This document shows, piece after piece, positions 40,057 through 50,910 of a DNA stretch of 64,000 nucleotides (its first letter is position 1; each line of letters opens with the position of its first letter). Made by a program: the position numbers and the translations under genes. The DNA lies in contig JBHLMN010000024.1 in NCBI GenBank assembly GCA_048938105.1, forward strand, positions 1 to 64,000, given 5' to 3'. The notes under the pieces are model-generated. The model was not told the DNA's origin and did not search any database. It saw only the letters and a list, made by a program, of their open reading frames with translations. Source of the stretch: Promethearchaeota archaeon (lineage in GTDB: Archaea; Asgardarchaeota; Heimdallarchaeia; Hodarchaeales; Hodarchaeaceae).

Positions 40057-40998
40057 ATGGCTGGTGAAGGGTCCGGTTATGGAAAGACCATCTTATTTGG
40101 AGAACATTTTGTAGTTTATGGCGTACCTGCGCTTGCATCTGCAATAGGTGACAAAACCGCATGTATTGTAGAATCTAAAGGTGGAAAAGGGTATGAATTG
40201 AATGATGACAGGCCAGAGGTTCCTGGATATAAAGAGAAGAAGCTTGATGAGCAAAAGGTCTCTATTAAGAATGTATTGGCTTTTATGGGAGTCAACCTAG
40301 ATAAAAAGGCCCTGAAGATTACATTCGGGGGAGATCTCGTCTGTGCTAGTGGTGTTGGAGCTTCTGCAGCGAGTTGTGTCTCTCTTGCAAGAGCTATCAA
40401 TGATGAATTCAACCTTGGATGGGAAAATGAGAAAATAAATGCTGCTGCTTATGAAGGTGAAAAAGGATATCATGGAACTCCTAGTGGAATTGATAACACT
40501 GCTTCAACATACGGTGGTTTGGTCTATTTTATCCGAAATCTTGAGGGAGGCCCTAATACAATAGAGACAATTAAACTAGAAAAACCAATTGAATTAGTGA
40601 TTGCAAGTTCAGGAATGACTGCTAACACAGCTGTTGTCGTAGGAGATGTTCGTAAAAAGAAGGAGGAGGATCCTAAGTGGTTTGAGGATATAATTAAAGA
40701 ATATCAAGAAGTGATAAAGGAGGGTCGTGAAGCTTTAGAAAATATGGAATTAGAGCGAGTCGGTCGGCTTATGGATAAAAATCATGAGCTGCTTCAGAAA
40801 GTAACCGTATCAAATGACGTCTTGGACAAAATGGTTAAGCTTGCAAAAGATAACGGGGCTCTAGGAGCTAAACTTACTGGAACTGGACGAGGAGGAAATA
40901 TAATCGCGTTAACTCCTAGTTCTGAACTTCAAGATAAAGTATACAATGCATTAAAAGAAGCGGGATATCCCGCGTGGAAAACATTAATCGGAGTATAA
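40057..40998 (+). CDS. mvk: Mevalonate kinase
   Basis: GKTILFGEHFVVYG, GVGASAA, HGTPSGID, GAKLTGTGRGG. Confidence 0.92.
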   Translation: MAGEGSGYGKTILFGEHFVVYGVPALASAIGDKTACIVESKGGKGYELNDDRPEVPGYKEKKLDEQKVSIKNVLAFMGVNLDKKALKITFGGDLVCASGVGASAASCVSLARAINDEFNLGWENEKINAAAYEGEKGYHGTPSGIDNTASTYGGLVYFIRNLEGGPNTIETIKLEKPIELVIASSGMTANTAVVVGDVRKKKEEDPKWFEDIIKEYQEVIKEGREALENMELERVGRLMDKNHELLQKVTVSNDVLDKMVKLAKDNGALGAKLTGTGRGGNIIALTPSSELQDKVYNALKEAGYPAWKTLIGV

Positions 40999-41027
40999 TC
41001 TATAGTTCATAAGGTGGAAAAAAAGAA

Positions 41028-42335
41028 ATGTATTTTCGGGAATATATAAACAAACTTGAAAAAAACGGAAAAATTACAAGAATCAAGAAAGAAGTTAATA
41101 TAGATATAGAAGCTGCTGCTGTCTTAAAAGCAGCAGAACCTACTCCACTTCTGTTTGAGAATGTGAAGGGATATTCGGATTTTCAGGTTGCAGGTAATGT
41201 TTTTTGTACGAAAGAAAGCATTGCTGATTATTTTGAGATTTCTACGGCACAATTGATTCCTCGACTCACAGCAGCTATTGATAATCGAAGTCCACCAGAG
41301 GAAATAAGTAGTGCTCCTTGTCAAGAAGTTATTATGGATGGTGTTGACCTCGATAAAATTCCAATTCTAAAACATAATGAACGAGACGGTGGTCGATACA
41401 TCTCTTCAGCTGTTGTCGTGACCAAAGATCCAGAATTTGGTCAAAACTTAGATTTTCACCGGGCAATGCAATTCGAGAAAAACAGAATGAGTACTCGGAT
41501 CATAAAGGGTCGGGATTTCTACAAGTTTTTAGAGAAATCAGGTGAAGTAGAAGCAGCTTATTGTGTTGGAAACACCCCTAATATCCTTGTTGCTGCTGCC
41601 ACTTCCGTGAAGACAGGAATTAATGAGCTAGAAATTGCAAATGCCCTTGCAAAAACTGAAGTGATAAAAGCTAGCTCAGTTGATCTTTTAATCCCTGCAG
41701 GATGTGAAGTAGTTTTAGAAGGAAAAGTTTTCATGGCTGATCGTGCATCAGAAGGGCCATTCATCGACTTAACCGAAACATACGACATAGAGCGCGATGA
41801 ACCAGTCTTTGAGGTTAAAAAAATCACTCATAGAAAGAACCCTATATGGCAAGCACTTGTGCCTGGCGCTTTAGAACACAAAGTCCTTATGGGTATGCCA
41901 CGAGAACCCACTATCTTTAAATCTGTGAATGAGGCAGGTGTAAAGTGTCTTGATGTCAATGTAAACCCTGGTGGTTCCTCTTGGCTACATGCCATTGTTA
42001 AAATCGATAAACAAAATGAAGACGATGGAGAAAAGGCTATACGCGCTGCTTTTGCTGGACATAGAAGCTGTAAGCATGTCTTTGTCGTGGATAAAGATAT
42101 TGATATATATAACCCCTTAGAGGTAGAATGGTCAATGGCTACACGCTTTCAGGCTGAAAGAGACTTAGTTGACATTGGAAAGGAGCCAGGGTCAAGCCTA
42201 GACCCAAGCGCAGAACCAGGAACAAAAATCACAAACAAAGTAGGATTCGATTTTACTGCACCACTAGTGACAAAAGGGAAAAGCTTTGCCCGTGCAGAGT
42301 TTCCTGAAGTCGATTTAAAGGAGTATTTAGAATAA
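41028..42335 (+). CDS. UbiD-family decarboxylase (anhydromevalonate phosphate decarboxylase)
   Basis: EGPFIDLT, VDKDIDI, SSLDPS; context with mvk, PMDh, ubiX and fni. Confidence 0.88.
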   Translation: MYFREYINKLEKNGKITRIKKEVNIDIEAAAVLKAAEPTPLLFENVKGYSDFQVAGNVFCTKESIADYFEISTAQLIPRLTAAIDNRSPPEEISSAPCQEVIMDGVDLDKIPILKHNERDGGRYISSAVVVTKDPEFGQNLDFHRAMQFEKNRMSTRIIKGRDFYKFLEKSGEVEAAYCVGNTPNILVAAATSVKTGINELEIANALAKTEVIKASSVDLLIPAGCEVVLEGKVFMADRASEGPFIDLTETYDIERDEPVFEVKKITHRKNPIWQALVPGALEHKVLMGMPREPTIFKSVNEAGVKCLDVNVNPGGSSWLHAIVKIDKQNEDDGEKAIRAAFAGHRSCKHVFVVDKDIDIYNPLEVEWSMATRFQAERDLVDIGKEPGSSLDPSAEPGTKITNKVGFDFTAPLVTKGKSFARAEFPEVDLKEYLE

Positions 42336-42715
42336 TAAGGAGGTTAAAACAGCAGTAATATTAATCTAATTCCTCCAGCTGGGTGTAATTAAAAATTATA
42401 TCATGGTTTCTCTGTAGTTTTTATCAACAGCCCCTAGTTGCACAAATTATTCTCCATTCGCTTTTGGGTATAGCTGCAATGATTATTCTGCTTTTCCAGA
42501 GGTCAGGCTTGTCAAACAAATCTAAGACGACAGGATGAAAAATTCAAACTCACTCCCTCAAAATGTGGATATATTTTGGGTTTAGAAAAATAAGTTTTTG
42601 ATTTATTGAAAATCTAGTGACTTTTATCCGAAAGATTCTTAACTTCGTGAGACACGAGAAACTTAAATTCAGCCTCACACTTCTTAAGACAATAGATTCA
42701 TGGTATTGAGCCATA

Positions 42716-43576
42716 TTGCAAATCCAACATATGATTTCAAAACCCGCAATTGGGAAATCGCTTAATCAAGATTGTATCGGTGCAAGTGAGACTGGAATCT
42801 GGCTTCTTGATGGCATTTCGGAAGTTAGAAATCTATCAATAAAAAATGATGAAAATGCTGTTTTTTGGTTTGTAAATAGAATCAATGCGTATCTATCGCA
42901 ATATCTTGATTATCACGACCTCACAATAACTGAAATTCTAATAGCTGCTATTAAGGAAATTAAAGAGGAGATCACATCTCTTATTACTGTTGATATTAAT
43001 TCTTTACAATACAATGAACACCCCTCTGCTTCTATTATAATTGCTCGAAATATCCAAGATGAAAAACTTGAGATTTTTTCTTTAGGAGATTGTCTGGCAT
43101 ATCTTCGGACATCAAACCAAGAGATATTAATTCAAAACCATGAATTAAAAAGAATTGAAGAGCAATTTCGAGACAAAATTCTCCAAAAAAAGAAAACTTA
43201 TCCCCAAATGAGTCACAAAGATTTTTTAGCCAAAATAAAGATAATTGAGAGGTTGAAATACCTTCGAGATGACCTTTATCAAAACGACAAGTATAATGTC
43301 CTAAATTTAGACTCTGTTATGATTAGTAAAGGACAATTATCAGTTTATCAATCCATTAATACAATCCTATTATTGAGTGACGGATTTTCACGTGTAATTG
43401 ATACTTATCATCTGTTCAAAGATTATAATGACTTACTTGTGAACCTAAAGGAGCAGGGAGTAGAACAAATATATGAAACTATGCGTGAGATTGAACAGCG
43501 TGACCAGAATGTCCAACAATTTCCCCGTTTAAGAGTATCAGATGATGCTTCTTTGATCCTAGCCTTTCTTGAATAA
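42716..43576 (+). CDS. PP2C-like (PPM) phosphatase domain protein
   Basis: NQD...LLDG, LGDC, LLSDGF, DDAS metal-binding Asp motifs. Confidence 0.8.
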   Translation: MQIQHMISKPAIGKSLNQDCIGASETGIWLLDGISEVRNLSIKNDENAVFWFVNRINAYLSQYLDYHDLTITEILIAAIKEIKEEITSLITVDINSLQYNEHPSASIIIARNIQDEKLEIFSLGDCLAYLRTSNQEILIQNHELKRIEEQFRDKILQKKKTYPQMSHKDFLAKIKIIERLKYLRDDLYQNDKYNVLNLDSVMISKGQLSVYQSINTILLLSDGFSRVIDTYHLFKDYNDLLVNLKEQGVEQIYETMREIEQRDQNVQQFPRLRVSDDASLILAFLE

Positions 43577-43646
43577 CCCCCTAAGTAATTCTGTTCTCTA
43601 AAATTTTGAAATTATAAAGGACTCCCTCAATCGAATATAGAGATTC

Positions 43647-44648
43647 TTGAAGTTGAGTTTTATGAGTGAACTTTTACCTGAGATCCATCAATATAAAAAA
43701 ATTATGGCGAATTTGGACAAATCTTTTGTTGAAAAGGTTTTGAACTTTCTATCGGATGAAAATATCAAACATAAGGGGGGAGATTGGCTATACAAAACTA
43801 TTCACGCTAATACTGGCTGGGATTTCGTGTATTACTTCCCCAAACTTGCGATGATAATAAGAGATGATAAAACCATATTAAAAGTAATCAAAATTTTGTT
43901 AGAGAAGAAATCCTTTCCATCAAAGTTAAGGTTTTTTGCATATTACTTGCTTTACTCATTTCATCGGAATAACAAGGATTATTCAAAAGCAAAACAATTA
44001 GTAACAACCTATTTTGGGGAATTTCAAAATGAACCATTATTTCATGTAACTAGGGCAACCATTTTATTTTCCTCAACTGATCCTGACGAGTTAGAACAAG
44101 CTATAAGCATAAGCCTGGAATTAATTCATCATGAAGCCTTTCAGGAGAATGTAGGCATTTATCAGACTTTTGCAAATGCGGTCATTCTTGGAATTGAACA
44201 TGAAGTCGATTTAATTATTTCCAATAAATCTAAATATATGAACCAAGCATTAAAGCTGATTCAGAAAGCACTTACTCAGAAAAAATATGCTAAGTATTAT
44301 TTCACCCTTGGAATATTATTTTTTTATTCAGGTCAAGAAACCAAGAATATAACTAGTTTTAGGAAAGCTAAGCGAGCTATTCAACGAGCGATTGATGTAG
44401 AAGATTCCACTCGCAAAGATTATCCTTTGCGTTTGCTCGAATATCACAGCTATCTCGCGAGAATCGAAATGTACTCTGATTATCTCAGAATACATCATTC
44501 CCTCCAAGAATTCTCGATCACTCTCAAAGAAAATGTGCTAGAACTTGCTCAACAAATTTCAACACAATTTGGAATATCCGTAAGTGATTATATTGAAAAT
44601 TTGGTAAAGATCGATACTGAACATCATCAGAGACATCATCAGCTTTGA
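43647..44648 (+). CDS. TPR-like helical protein with C-terminal RHH-like segment
   Basis: ALKLIQKAL..YAKYYFTLG..A...IQRAI repeats; C-terminal FSITLKENVLELAQQ...GISVSDYIENLV. Confidence 0.6.
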   Translation: MKLSFMSELLPEIHQYKKIMANLDKSFVEKVLNFLSDENIKHKGGDWLYKTIHANTGWDFVYYFPKLAMIIRDDKTILKVIKILLEKKSFPSKLRFFAYYLLYSFHRNNKDYSKAKQLVTTYFGEFQNEPLFHVTRATILFSSTDPDELEQAISISLELIHHEAFQENVGIYQTFANAVILGIEHEVDLIISNKSKYMNQALKLIQKALTQKKYAKYYFTLGILFFYSGQETKNITSFRKAKRAIQRAIDVEDSTRKDYPLRLLEYHSYLARIEMYSDYLRIHHSLQEFSITLKENVLELAQQISTQFGISVSDYIENLVKIDTEHHQRHHQL

Positions 44649-44851
44649 TTTGGTTCAGAAAAACTGGCACCAGATCGTTTAAAATTCTCATAGTAGATTA
44701 GACTACGCCTTATCGCATCTTCAACAAATTTTTTTTTGTCATTATTAAAATAGTTGCCAAGATCTGGATATTTGGTAAAAAGAGTCTCGATTGCAGCAGC
44801 CAATCCGTCATCTATCCGAGGTCTAAACTTTTTATCTTGAATTTGGCTCAT
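44639..44851 (-). CDS. Small ribbon-helix-helix regulator
   Basis: RPRIDDGLAAAIE...KKFVEDAIRRSL; AGGTGAGG RBS; divergent from the AAA ATPase. Confidence 0.7.
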   Translation of the reverse strand: MSQIQDKKFRPRIDDGLAAAIETLFTKYPDLGNYFNNDKKKFVEDAIRRSLIYYENFKRSGASFSEPNQS

Positions 44852-44895
44852 TACCTCACCTAAATCTGATTAGATTCTGTTTCCACTTTCTATAG

Positions 44896-44980
44896 ATGGG
44901 CTATATAAGGGATATGAAATCCCGAGAATGGGATATGTTTATATAATGGGATAACCAATCCCATAAATGGGATATCTTTG
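44896..44980. promoter_or_regulatory. Tandem 39-bp operator units over divergent TATA boxes
   Basis: GGGAT at 44909, 44930, 44948, 44969; ATCCC at 44919, 44958; TTTATATAA at 44938-44946. Confidence 0.7.
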
Positions 44981-45066
44981 GGTTGATATGTGATCTTTCT
45001 CACTAAAACAACTCATGTATTGTCCTAAAAACGAATATTAGCATCTTAATAGGAGAAATAGAATTT

Positions 45067-46362
45067 ATGGCACAATCAAAAGCAAATATCCCAAAAGCAA
45101 TATTTCAGGCACAAAAATTAGTCCAAGATGCGCGGTTGTATGATCATCAAGACCAATACCAGAAAGCAATTACTTATTACATGCATGCAACCAAAATATT
45201 CTTAGTACTACTGAAACGATACCCTCAGATACCCCTCCATAAGCAGCATGCTCAAGAGGTTCGACTGTGTCTGCAACGGGTACAACAACTTAAACCAATT
45301 TTAATGAATTCCACACAATCAGCCAATCATCCCAAGACAGTACATATCAAATCAAAAGATGACCAAGAGTATGCTGAATTACGTGAGCGTATCCTTAGAT
45401 GTCGGATCACTCCTAATCCTAGTCTCTCATGGGATGATATAATTGGTCTCGAAGAAGTTATCCACCAGATTCAGGAAACAGTCTTAGTCCCTCTTCAGCA
45501 TCCCGAAATCTGGGAGAGTAGTATCAAACCATCCAGATCAATTCTCTTATTTGGGCCGCCTGGATGTGGGAAAACAAACTTAATTCGGGTACTAGCGGCA
45601 GAAATTGCCCCTATACCTATCTTCAGTCCTCCAGCTGGGATTCTATTATCAAAATGGCATGGGGAAAGCCAGAAAATGATCCGGGCGTTGTATGAAACAG
45701 CTTGGGAACATGCCCCCTCGATCATTTTCATTGATGAATTTGATGGCATCTTTGGGTCAACCAACAATTCCCGAAGAAGAAATGGGGATTCAGAGGCATC
45801 TAGAATAACCATTCAGATCCAAAAGGAGCTACAACAGTTTATGGATGGATTATACACCCCTTCGAGGAATGAAACAGTGACTATTGTCGCCACAAACTTC
45901 CCCCAGCGGTTACAACTTGCTCAATTACGTCGTTTCGATAGGATTCTGTATATTCCACCCCCGTCTCCTTCCGCGATTGTCAAGATTCTTCAGCATTACT
46001 TTCGAAAAGTATCTCATAATCTTGACGGCAATCTTCAATGGTTAGCACATCATGTTGTAAATAGGTATACCCCTGATGAAATACAAAAAATTTGTACTGG
46101 AGCCTATTATCAGGCACTTAGTAGGTCAGACAAGACTAAGCTCCCCCCACAAGTAACTTTGAAGGACGTTGCGCATTGTAAGGTAAGATTAAAACCTTTA
46201 CTTCGATTTAAAGAAACTATTGGGGTGAGTACAATATTGTTTAGGATATGGAATGAGACCTTTGGGAGACCACCAATTGAATATCCAATGCAGCCTTGGG
46301 AAGAAGAAGATGTAAACCCCACTTTGTTGCTTAATCTGCAAAAGGCTCGAGAAAATCGCTAG
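45067..46362 (+). CDS. MIT-domain Vps4-like AAA+ ATPase
   Basis: MIT three-helix N-terminus (ARLYD...YQKAITYY...QRVQQLK), WDDIIGLEE, GPPGCGKT, SKWHGES pore loop, IFIDEFD, ATN..LRRFD. Confidence 0.85.
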   Translation: MAQSKANIPKAIFQAQKLVQDARLYDHQDQYQKAITYYMHATKIFLVLLKRYPQIPLHKQHAQEVRLCLQRVQQLKPILMNSTQSANHPKTVHIKSKDDQEYAELRERILRCRITPNPSLSWDDIIGLEEVIHQIQETVLVPLQHPEIWESSIKPSRSILLFGPPGCGKTNLIRVLAAEIAPIPIFSPPAGILLSKWHGESQKMIRALYETAWEHAPSIIFIDEFDGIFGSTNNSRRRNGDSEASRITIQIQKELQQFMDGLYTPSRNETVTIVATNFPQRLQLAQLRRFDRILYIPPPSPSAIVKILQHYFRKVSHNLDGNLQWLAHHVVNRYTPDEIQKICTGAYYQALSRSDKTKLPPQVTLKDVAHCKVRLKPLLRFKETIGVSTILFRIWNETFGRPPIEYPMQPWEEEDVNPTLLLNLQKARENR

Positions 46363-46373
46363 GGGGAAGGGGA

Positions 46374-49300
46374 ATGTCTACACAGGAAGATCACGATGTT
46401 ATTCTTGCTCAACAAGAAGAAGAAAAGATAGAAGAAGAGGTGGAAGATAATGAAGAAGAAACTAACCTTGAAGAGGATCCTTCAGAGATTGATATTGATG
46501 AGGTGGCTCCAAGAATAGAAGTGGAGGAGCTGCTTGCAGAGCATGAAATGCTTGAACAAGAGTTCGAGGAATTTTTACCTCCTGATACTATTCTTACTTC
46601 TGAAGAGGAAGGAACGGAAGTAGAAGACTTTGATGAGGACATTGATGATAATTCAGCGGATACTATATGTATAGGCCAAGATACATTGGTTCTAGAGGCA
46701 AAATTTGAGGTTCAAGAGGCGGAGGACGAGGAGCTAGAGACTTATGAACTAATAGAAACTGAGCAGGAAATCCAAGACGAAGAGCCAGATTCGTCAGACC
46801 AACAAGAAGTGGACATAAGTCTCGGGAATGACATTTGTGGAGAGGTTGAGGAAGATTCATCAATTTTAGAGGAAGATCAGGAAATTGAGTTTTCCAACAT
46901 CAATCAAAATATAGAGGAACTGCCAATTGAAGTAGAAGAAGCTGAATTAGAAATACATCAATTGGAAGAAGAGCTAGAAGAAGAGCTGATAACAGAATAG
47001 GTCAAGGTTATTGAAGATGAAGGGATCGAGGAATTTGAGGACATAAAACATCTAGAAGAAAGTCAGATAGAAGAAAATGATAATTTTGGTGATACAGATT
47101 GGGAATATGAAACATTAGAGGAGCAAGATCTTTGTAATCAGGAAACACTGGATAGTGATACCACAAATTCTACTTCAATTGAAGCAATGGAACACGAAGA
47201 AACGAAAATTGATCAGGAATTAGAAGAAAATCCATTAATTACTCTTGAATACCCGTTTGCTGAAGAATTAAAAGAGCAAGATAAATATACGCAAGAAATA
47301 ACATGTGATCAGGAATTTGAGGAAATATCCATTAATGAACTTGAAAATCAAACTGAAGACGGTAGTGAGGAACTAGAAGAGCTGGAAAAAACAATTGAAA
47401 TAGATGAGAACGTTGCAACACTTGAAACAGTCGAAATCACAAATGATGTGCAACCAGAAGATGAGAAACAATCTCAACAATCTATTACACTGACAAAAGG
47501 GCATACACTAAGTGATATTGGGAAAACTTCAATCCAGCAATTATTCAATATACTCAATAATCGATCTATAGAAACAAAGTATTCTGAGGATGTTCTTAAA
47601 CCGCGATCCTTTACTCTGACAATCAAAGATGAGGATTTTCACGATTTTTCTCTTAATTCACTAGATACCGAAATAAGCACCTTAGAGAAAATGTTGAAAG
47701 AAGTTGAATCACCACGCTTGTTAACCCAATTTCATCCACAGATAGAGGATGATGTAAAGCAATCTCTTGAGGTTCAAACGTTTCAAAGTATTCATGAACA
47801 TGATAGTTCATTAGAACTTGTTTCTCAAGGCCCCTCACTTCCCGAACCGCCTCCATATGATTTTCAAGCTGAATTGGACGAACTAGAGGAAGAACAGGAT
47901 AGTTTAACAAGAGAACAACTTCTAAAATCGTTTGAAAGGGCGCAATGGACACAAATGACTGCTAATTTAGATTTAGCAAAGCAGAAATTATCTTTCATAA
48001 AAGCATACACATCACATACTCCAAAAGCAGACCCTCCTCAAAAAATGACACAGACCTTTCAGAACAAGCAGATCTCCCGAAATAAAGCAGATACAGAAGA
48101 ACAGATCAAAAAAGAAAAAACTGAATCAAATTTAGAGAAAAAAAATTATTTTAAACCTCTAGAAGAAACACTAATAGAACAAAATATTGAAAGGAAAAGA
48201 CAATCGATAATACAAACTGGGTATAAAGCCATAAAAACTGGAAAACATTCAGATTTGAGAGTGTTTGCAAGAAAGTGGAATGAACACATAACCAGAGGAG
48301 GAAGGCCAACAACTAAAATGTGGGAAATGTATAACAAGATACAGGAGAAGTACGATAAACCAATAGTCTTATACAAAGAAAGTGGAAATAATACCTATCG
48401 AATGAGCATATGTGGAAAATTATTTTCTCAATTAGATTCAGGTAACATATCAGCGAGACAAATTAACAAAATATTTGAATATTGGCAAATTCAAAGTGAT
48501 ATGAAAAAGGGAATTAAACCTTTTTTGGAAGTAACAATAAAAAATCCCACAACTGGAAAAACGGATACGTTTTGGATTCCAAATTCTAAACAAAAGGCAT
48601 GGAACCCATATAAAGCAAAGAATCGTGAGTTTTTCAATATTCGTAGTTCTTCTTGGGCTAAAATCACAGAATTCCTAGCAACTAAGATTCAATTAAATGA
48701 GAAGGACATAAAATTATATAATGAGATTGAGAAATCTCTTAGAAAAAGATACCCAAAACTGGGGATTCAAACAGTTAATGGACCTTTTACGACTTTGGGG
48801 AATCAAAAAGTACTGTTTAAAAATATATATAAGTTGAATTACCCAAAAGACGTTATAGATGAAGCAATTAAACTAGCTTTTTGGAAATACGCTGGTACTC
48901 ATGCTTATAATGATACAAACACTGTTACTTCAAGAAAAGAAATTACACAGATGAGAATAGAATTCTCTAATTTTGGAAATTCAATTCAAAAAAACAAGAT
49001 AACTCAAAGAATATACAACTTGAGTGTGGACGGTTCAGTCTCACATCAGAATTGGACTGATGATCTCGAATCATCAATTAAAAGTTTAGATCCAAATTTT
49101 ATTATATATGAAAATGTTAATGGCGAGATTAATGGAATATCTGCCCCACATCTAGTCAGAAAGTTCAAGGATTTATTATTCTTTAAAGATAAGTATTCTG
49201 TAAAGAGTGCTGGTAGAATGTTCAATAATCTGATAGCATTAGCAGATTACGAACCACCATTAAATTTAGGTACTTATTATTGGAAAAAATTGTTTCCTAA

Positions 49301-50792
49301 AAATACTGATCTTCATCAATTAGGAATTCCAGAAGCTTATCAAACAACGTTTATATATCGTGATACAACCTCATCGGGGGCAGTTGGTAGGGCAAGATGG
49401 ATGAATGACTTTCGAAATGAATTTTTGATGCCATTAACTGATTGGCTTAAAGTTTCCGAACTAAAAGACTTTTCTAAGCAAATTACCATTCAAAATCCTA
49501 GTACAGGAAAGAAATATAGAAAACGGTTCAATAATTTGAGTGCATATTTGAAATTTCAAGCAGGACTTGGTGAATGGAAAGATGAAAGATGGCAAGGTGT
49601 GTATAATAAAATATACGTTCTAAAATATGATCTTGAGCACATTTTGGCTATTACTAAATATGTCAGTGAATCAGTTCAGTTACCTGGAAGAGATAATAGA
49701 ACTGGAAAAGATAAGGAGAAGTTATTGGAATTCTTTCAAACGACTAATGCGGTAAAAATCATAAATATTGTACCTGAATCTAAAAATTTCAAATTCATTG
49801 TAAGTTTGAGTTCTAGAAAACAAGCATTAATGAAATTCTATAATAATCTTACTAAAAATAGTTCAGTTGGGGCAAAAATTGTCCAAGCACACCTTACATC
49901 TGTTCTGGAGAGTTGCATACCATTAACTATAGATCCATGGACAATACAAAAAGCAGTAAATCACAAACACTTAATAAAGGCACCTGAAAGTCTTGCGGAA
50001 TTATTAACTGAAGAAGGTGACGGCCCGATAAATCCATTCTGTTCTGGCCTTTTTATGGATTCGAATTTTAGAGAAATTTGTAATACCGTTCATGATATCA
50101 ATTTTAACATGAAATTTCTTCAGTATCCTAATACTGAGAGAGATTATATCATAACCCAATCAATGAAATCAAGGAAAATGGCTGATACTTATGGAGAATC
50201 TTTTACTGCAGCAAGTATTCCTGATGTTGTAACAAGTTATCAAAAAAATAGTGGTTCTACCGAATTGTTATTTATAAAAGTTGTAAGTAATAATATTTTT
50301 AATCATTTAGAATCTGATATTAGTGAAATATTAAAGACTAATTATGATTCAAAAGATCCTTTTCGAATTTTCACTGCATTAGTTTTTTTAAAATCAGATC
50401 TGAATACTCTCCCACTGAATTCTACAAAATACAATGAATTAATGCTTCTACTTCAAAATCAAAATGCAGATGGATTAATTAATATTGAAATACCAGATTT
50501 ACAAACAAAAGGATTAAATCGTTTTGGTGAAATATGGGCATCTCTCAAAAATGAATACATAACAAATGAAATATATGAGGAATCCAGAAATGAATTTTTG
50601 AAAGATCCTGATTCCTTTAAAAATCAATTAATCGAGGAAGTAATGAAAAAAATCAATAGTTTCCAAAAACTCAATCCTGTTGACCGTAAAACGGTAGAAG
50701 AAGGGCTTGAAATAATAGATTTTGAAGCAACTACAAGAACAGAGTTTATTATGAACACTCTAATGAATTATTTCAGTCTTGCTTTACTTTGA
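46374..50792 (+). CDS. Giant acidic-N-terminus protein (1472 codons) interrupted by one in-frame TAG at 46998-47000; nuclease-like C-terminal motifs
   Basis: ORFs 46374-47000 and 47187-50792 share a frame; the 62 codons between them are open and equally Glu/Asp-rich. Confidence 0.7.
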
Positions 50793-50910
50793 ATAAAAGG
50801 GAGAGAAGTAGTTTATATATACCAATCAATAAATAGATACATTAATTTCTTATTTGTATATTATTTTCATAAGCGAAAATAAAGAGAATTGAACAACTGG
50901 AGGAACGAAA

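Noticed and set aside
46998-47000. Genome-wide TAG recoding
   Set aside because: srp54, rpl40e, the Sm protein and rpl37e all end at TAG at their normal lengths, and no pyl genes are in the window.
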